Positions 59,205 to 64,000 of a stretch of 64,000 nt of DNA are shown here, in pieces. The position numbers and the translations under genes are program-made. Below the pieces are notes generated by a model. It did not search any database and had not been told where the DNA came from. It was given only the letters and a program-made list of their open reading frames with translations. Source of the stretch: Candidatus Cloacimonadales bacterium (GTDB lineage: Bacteria; Cloacimonadota; Cloacimonadia; Cloacimonadales; JAIOQZ01); contig OY771587.1 in assembly GCA_963674825.1 (NCBI GenBank), positions 2,880,001 to 2,944,000 of the forward strand, written 5' to 3'. Position 1 is the first letter of the stretch, and each line of letters opens with the position of its first letter.

Positions 59205-60146
59205 TCAGCTGGATTGCCGATTCCTGTCACATAAAAATAAACTGCCCCGCAAGGCTGCTTGATTGCCATACCTTGCCTTGGCAATTAATACATGTTCCTG
59301 GATTTCTGGCAAGAGAAATTTTAAAATCTCTTGCCGGAGCGCGTCAAACGGATATGCTTCAATATCCGCTACCCCTCCGCCGATCAACACAATGTCACAG
59401 TCCAGAAGCGTAATCGCATTGGCAACGGCCTGTCCGAGGTAGCTTACAGATTTTTTTACGATGTAGTGTATCGATTCGTTTACGGTTGCCATCTCAAGTG
59501 CCTGTTTCACTGTCATTGTGTAACCATGGTTTACAGTATCGTCGTGTACATCCGATAATGCTTCGATACTTTGCTCGATCAATCCGGTTGCAGAACTGTA
59601 TGCCTCTACGCAGCCTTTTTTACCGCACTTGCATAAGCGCCCATCCGGCATGACGACGGTGTGTCCGAGTTCCATCGACATGAAATTCTCGCCGCGATAG
59701 ATCTGATCGTTGATTACCAATCCGCTTCCGATGCCGGTGCCGATGGTAATGCCGAGAACTGTTTTATCGAAATTGTAGTGCGAGGCTTCGCCGAAGGCCA
59801 TGAGGTTGGCGTCGTTCTCGATATACGCCGGGATGCCGAACGTATCGCTGAGCATGGCTGTTGGCTGTGCGCCGCGCCATTCTGGCAGGTTGGGTGAATA
59901 GCCGAGGACAATCCCGCGATTGGAGTCGATTGTGCCGGGTGATCCCAAGGCGACAGCAGAGACAGGTTGCCCTGCGTGATCGTTGATCTTCTGTACCGCA
60001 GTGCGAAGCAGACGATACAATCCATCCAGCGAACGGTCGTCAACGGGGAGCTTATCGTGCATCAGGATACCGTCAACCGGATTTCCATATCCATATTTTA
60101 AGAAGGACCCGCCAATGTCGAGTCCGGCGTAGAGTGGTCTGTTCAA
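59205..60146 (-). CDS. ROK family sugar kinase (glucokinase-like)
   Basis: GLDIGGS, ENDAN, GTGIGSG, ELGH, CKCGKKGCVE. Confidence 0.9.
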   Translation of the reverse strand: MNRPLYAGLDIGGSFLKYGYGNPVDGILMHDKLPVDDRSLDGLYRLLRTAVQKINDHAGQPVSAVALGSPGTIDSNRGIVLGYSPNLPEWRGAQPTAMLSDTFGIPAYIENDANLMAFGEASHYNFDKTVLGITIGTGIGSGLVINDQIYRGENFMSMELGHTVVMPDGRLCKCGKKGCVEAYSSATGLIEQSIEALSDVHDDTVNHGYTMTVKQALEMATVNESIHYIVKKSVSYLGQAVANAITLLDCDIVLIGGGVADIEAYPFDALRQEILKFLLPEIQEHVLIAKARYGNQAALRGSLFLCDRNRQSS

Positions 60147-60275
60147 TGTAACCTCCGGTAAAATTGAGAAACCCGATATCGAATCGTCAATGGAAATTCT
60201 TCACAAACCTTAGCCGGGCCTCGTGTGTTTGACGAAAAACCTTGACAGAAAGGGTTTGGGGCATGGTATAGAGGT

Positions 60276-61196
60276 ATGGAGAAAATCGTAATTTTAGCCG
60301 GTGGTTTCTCGGAAGAGCGCGAGGTTTCGCTGGTTACTTCCGCTGAAATCGAGAAAGCGCTTCGATCAGAAGGCTTTCAGACGCTCTTGATCGATCCTTC
60401 CGATTATTCCGATTACTGTGAGGTGATCGCTGAAATCCGGGCATTCACCGCTGATGTGGTCTTTATCGGACTGCATGGCGGCGATGGGGAAGACGGACGT
60501 GTGCAGGGCATGCTGTCTCTTGCCGGAATACCCTACACAGGATCGGACTGGAAGGCGTCCGCTATCGCTATGGACAAGAATATCTCGATGCAGCTCGCCC
60601 AGTCGATCGACATCGAGATCCCGGAGTATATCTGCCTCAACAAGGGTGACGACTTCGACAGCCACGATGTGGAGATCTTCGGTTATCCGTTCGTAATCAA
60701 GCCGAATCAATCCGGTTCATCGGTCGGAATCACGATCGTCGAACAGGCTGAGCAGATCGAGGAGGCGATCCGGCTGGCATTTGAATACGGAAACCAGATT
60801 ATCGTCCAACGCTATATCAAAGGTGATGAAATTACCGCGACCATCCTCGGCGAAGAATCGCTTCCTGTTGTGAGAATACTCCCCAACAAAGGTTTTTACG
60901 ATTACACGAACAAGTACACTAAAGGTAATACAATTTACGAAGTCCCCGCGAAACTTCCAGAGGAAGCGCGTGCACGCATGAGAGCGGATGCGCTGCGTAT
61001 CTTCAAGCTTATGGGCTGTAAGGGATATGCGCGGGTAGATTTTCGGTTCGACGGTGAGCAGAGCTACTTCCTGGAGGTGAATACACTTCCCGGAATGACA
61101 CCGCTCAGCCTAACACCAATGGCGGCACGAGAAGCCGGATATGGCTTCAATGCGCTGCTCAAGAAAATCGTTGACATCGCTTTAACACATTCATAA
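60276..61196 (+). CDS. ddl: D-alanine--D-alanine ligase
   Basis: GG.SEEREVS, LHGGDGEDG, GSSVG, YDYTNKY, EVNTLPGMT. Confidence 0.95.
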   Translation: MEKIVILAGGFSEEREVSLVTSAEIEKALRSEGFQTLLIDPSDYSDYCEVIAEIRAFTADVVFIGLHGGDGEDGRVQGMLSLAGIPYTGSDWKASAIAMDKNISMQLAQSIDIEIPEYICLNKGDDFDSHDVEIFGYPFVIKPNQSGSSVGITIVEQAEQIEEAIRLAFEYGNQIIVQRYIKGDEITATILGEESLPVVRILPNKGFYDYTNKYTKGNTIYEVPAKLPEEARARMRADALRIFKLMGCKGYARVDFRFDGEQSYFLEVNTLPGMTPLSLTPMAAREAGYGFNALLKKIVDIALTHS

Positions 61197-61271
61197 CATT
61201 CGGAATAGAGTGCTCAACGTCATAAACGAATACAAAAAGTCCAACCATATATTTCTTTATGAGGAGAAACC

Positions 61272-62363
61272 ATGAAGTACTTATCCTTATTGCTTCTTTT
61301 ACTTATCGTATCGGTAGTGTTTGCGGATGATGTTCTGCAGATAACACTGCGAGATGATACGTACAATCTTTTTTACGCATCGTATATCGATCCCGATAAT
61401 CCTGCTTCCCAGCCAATCCTGTTTTCGGGTAGTGTGACCAATCCTTCCAGCGTCACGGTTCTGAACTATTACCTGAAAGTCGGGATGACCTGGAATGGTA
61501 ACATGCTAATCGATATTGAAGATGCAGACAGCAGAATTATTGCCGTGGATCCGCTCAATCCGGGTGGCATCAAGCAATTCGATTCTCGTGACATCCTGTC
61601 CAATATTCCGACCAATGGCTTCACCGGAAGCCTGACGATGGACGGAGTTTTAGACAACAACCCTGATTTCGAGGATGCAATTCTCAATACCGGTCGTTTT
61701 CCGGACGGAATCTACATTGTTACCGTTCAAGCGTTTGACGACGCAACGGATAACGCGATTTCCGAACCAATTACACTGAGCATTCAGATCATTAACCCGG
61801 TTAATATCCGGCTTCTTTTCCCCGGAATGGCGGCTGGCTCGACCATCATTTCCTATCCGACACAGCAACCGACGTTCATGTGGATCTCGAACCTGACTGA
61901 TTACACCCTGAAGATCTTCGAAATCGATGACATCACCAGCGTCTCAGCAGAAGATATCGAGAACAATACGCCATACGCCGAGATCACAAACATCCCTTCG
62001 ACAGCGTATGCATATCCCGCAAGCGCACCGATGCTTGAAATTGGCAAGATCTACGGCTGGCAGGTTACCGCACCGCTCGTCTCGCCGGCTGGAAGTTCTA
62101 ACATCAGCAAGAGCCCGGTGTTTATTTTCCGCGTTGAGAATCCAAATGCCGATCCGATCCAGATGGAAATCCTCTACTCGTTCATCCGCAATTTGCAGGG
62201 TGTCGATGGAATGGAGGGCTTCGTTGATCTACTGAATCAGGGTTATGCACCGACCGGAAATGTCATCTATCAGGGACAGACGATTGATTTTACGCAGCTC
62301 AACGAATTTTTATCGGACATCATCTCCGGTGAAATCGAAGTCAAAAGCATCATCATCGAATAG
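61272..62363 (+). CDS. Secreted hypothetical protein (Ig/Fn3-like beta-sandwich domains)
   Basis: Signal peptide; P.F.W and L..GK.Y.WQV.A pattern; GAGGAG RBS. Confidence 0.65.
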   Translation: MKYLSLLLLLLIVSVVFADDVLQITLRDDTYNLFYASYIDPDNPASQPILFSGSVTNPSSVTVLNYYLKVGMTWNGNMLIDIEDADSRIIAVDPLNPGGIKQFDSRDILSNIPTNGFTGSLTMDGVLDNNPDFEDAILNTGRFPDGIYIVTVQAFDDATDNAISEPITLSIQIINPVNIRLLFPGMAAGSTIISYPTQQPTFMWISNLTDYTLKIFEIDDITSVSAEDIENNTPYAEITNIPSTAYAYPASAPMLEIGKIYGWQVTAPLVSPAGSSNISKSPVFIFRVENPNADPIQMEILYSFIRNLQGVDGMEGFVDLLNQGYAPTGNVIYQGQTIDFTQLNEFLSDIISGEIEVKSIIIE

Positions 62364-62372
62364 GAGCGTAAC

Positions 62373-63071
62373 ATGAAAAGAACAACCTATCAACTGATAG
62401 CACTACTTGCGATGGTACTGCTTCTCTCTTCCGCTGTAGAGCTACTTGCCGATGACCCGGTCGCGCTGACGATCAAAGTCAAAGGCAATGTCAAGCTCAG
62501 CCGCGGCGAGCAGATCAACGACCTTGGCAAGGGCGAAATGCTGATGAACAACGATGAATTGAACAGCTACGAGGATTCATACGCAGCTGCTAAGTTCGTT
62601 GACGGCAGCTCGCTTATCAAGCTTTTCCCGAACAGCACACTCAAGATTCAGGCTGAAGTCAATAGCGACAATCAGCTCGATAAAAAATCGTATCTGGAAC
62701 GCGGTAATATCTATTCGAAGGTCATGAAGAAAGCCGGTGTGTATGAAGTTGAAACTCCAACCACCGTGGCAAGCGTAAAAGGTACCGAATTCCTCATCTC
62801 CGTGTCCGATACCGGCGAGACGACCATCACAACGTTTCGAGGAATCGTTCGTATGGAAAACAAGACTGATGGCGAGGCGGCAGATGTGGGTCCCGGCATG
62901 ACGGCTACATCGAGCGGAGCTGGACCTATCGTCGTTGAAACCGTCAAAGATGGTGATATCGACGAACAAGTCATTGAAGAGATCGAAGAACTTGAAGAAA
63001 CCACCGACCTCGAGATTGAATTGAAGGGTCCGGATGGTGACACACGTAAAGTGATTATCGAGATGGAGTAG
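62373..63071 (+). CDS. Secreted FecR-domain protein
   Basis: F.DGS.I.L.PNS.L, VETPTTVASVKGTEF motifs; signal peptide. Confidence 0.82.
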   Translation: MKRTTYQLIALLAMVLLLSSAVELLADDPVALTIKVKGNVKLSRGEQINDLGKGEMLMNNDELNSYEDSYAAAKFVDGSSLIKLFPNSTLKIQAEVNSDNQLDKKSYLERGNIYSKVMKKAGVYEVETPTTVASVKGTEFLISVSDTGETTITTFRGIVRMENKTDGEAADVGPGMTATSSGAGPIVVETVKDGDIDEQVIEEIEELEETTDLEIELKGPDGDTRKVIIEME

Positions 63072-63075
63072 GCTT

Positions 63076-64000
63076 ATGAAGAAATTGATCTACATAATCG
63101 CCATAATCAGTCTGAGCTCACTGCTTTCAGCAGCGGTGACACTTAAGCACAATCCGCCGATTTCTCTTTCACCGGATTCAGAGCAGATCATTTCTCTTGA
63201 TGTGCTCGAAGGTGTCGATGATATCGACCAAATGAACCTGTACTACCGTCAATTCGGTTCTCAGGCTTATATAAGCGTTACAATGACCCGCGATACCGGT
63301 ATCCAGCCGATGTTTACCGCGCAGATTCCGGACATTATCGAACAGGGCATCGAATACTACTTCCAAGCCGAGCTGCTCAATGGCTCGACCCAGACACTTC
63401 CAGCATCGCAACCGGAACTGAATCCCTACCGGCTTCAGACCACCGCTGCGGAAGCACCGTCGGACGACTTCATTCTGCTGTCGCCCGATTCATCTACCAT
63501 TCCTGAAAACACCGATATGATTATCGCGGTTTCCTACTTCGGTATGAAGAACGACATCGACGTCTCGACAATCCAGATATTCGTCGATGGCAACGACATG
63601 ACCGATCAGGCGACCATTACCGGCAACATGCTGTCTCTGCGCCTCGAAAAGATGCCTGCGGGTAAGCATAGTTATCAGATCAAAGCCGAGACAACCAGCG
63701 GCAAGCCGATCGTATCACGCAACTGGCAGACATCCATCAAAGGCGCTGAACCGATCAAGCTTCCGATGAACATGACCGGTCACATTCGCTTCACCGGAAC
63801 CTACGATGAGACCGAATACGACAGCGATTCCGAAGATGCACGTCGCGGTGACTGGGATATCAAGGTCAAGACACAGCAGAAGAACTTCAATATGTTTACA
63901 AAGCTGTATCTCACCTCCGAGGAAAACAAGAACCGGCAGTCACTGAACCGCTACACCTTCGGTATTCAGGTACCGCACTTCGAACTGCTCCTTGGTGACG
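63076..64000 (+). CDS. Secreted/outer-membrane hypothetical protein, truncated by the window end
   Basis: ATG 63076 (MKKLIYIIAIISLSSLLSA...) appears open to the edge; missing from the ORF track because there is no stop. Confidence 0.65.
   Translation, partial: MKKLIYIIAIISLSSLLSAAVTLKHNPPISLSPDSEQIISLDVLEGVDDIDQMNLYYRQFGSQAYISVTMTRDTGIQPMFTAQIPDIIEQGIEYYFQAELLNGSTQTLPASQPELNPYRLQTTAAEAPSDDFILLSPDSSTIPENTDMIIAVSYFGMKNDIDVSTIQIFVDGNDMTDQATITGNMLSLRLEKMPAGKHSYQIKAETTSGKPIVSRNWQTSIKGAEPIKLPMNMTGHIRFTGTYDETEYDSDSEDARRGDWDIKVKTQQKNFNMFTKLYLTSEENKNRQSLNRYTFGIQVPHFELLLGD

Noticed and set aside
60242..60272. Promoter for ddl (TTGACA at 60242)
   Set aside because: No convincing -10 at 16-18 bp spacing.

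Overview
Bacterial genomic window, probably from an anaerobic diderm of the FCB group. Candidatus Cloacimonadota is the best guess, inferred from several secreted proteins ending in an NYPNPFNP...KMMMxK FlgD-Ig/CTD-type domain. Bases 1 to ~23,070 hold part of a transposable (Mu-like) prophage, mostly on the minus strand. It has a CI-like repressor and Cro/Ner-like switch, a MuA-like DDE transposase, a MuB-like AAA ATPase, GemA- and DUF3164-like early genes, small and large terminase, a minor head protein, an M15A endolysin, neck genes and a PBSX/HK97-type portal. A ~10.5 kb AT-richer cargo block interrupts the late region. It carries two large host-type secreted CTD proteins and a decayed Dcm / DUF2075 helicase / TIR-like module. 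Beyond the repressor are an array of 10-bp GTTACTAYCG boxes and three copies of an end-like motif, two of which bracket a third secreted CTD gene. Next comes an AT-rich two-gene module (nucleoid-associated-like protein plus membrane protein), a candidate defence system. The rest (27.9-64 kb) is host chromosome: glycosyltransferases, gdhA, PAP2, a REP-flanked broken RAYT, hppA, btuFC-like genes, a 1895-aa beta-helix repeat protein, nfuA-like, msbA-like, an Nqr/Rnf hybrid operon lacking NqrA/RnfC, a BamA/TamA-family gene, ispG, queE, an amidohydrolase, ferredoxin-fused etfA, ROK, ddl and a FecR-containing operon. Three copies of a modular long-hairpin repeat lie in intergenic regions. No tRNA, rRNA or CRISPR array was seen. 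All family assignments come from motif recognition by eye, not database searches.
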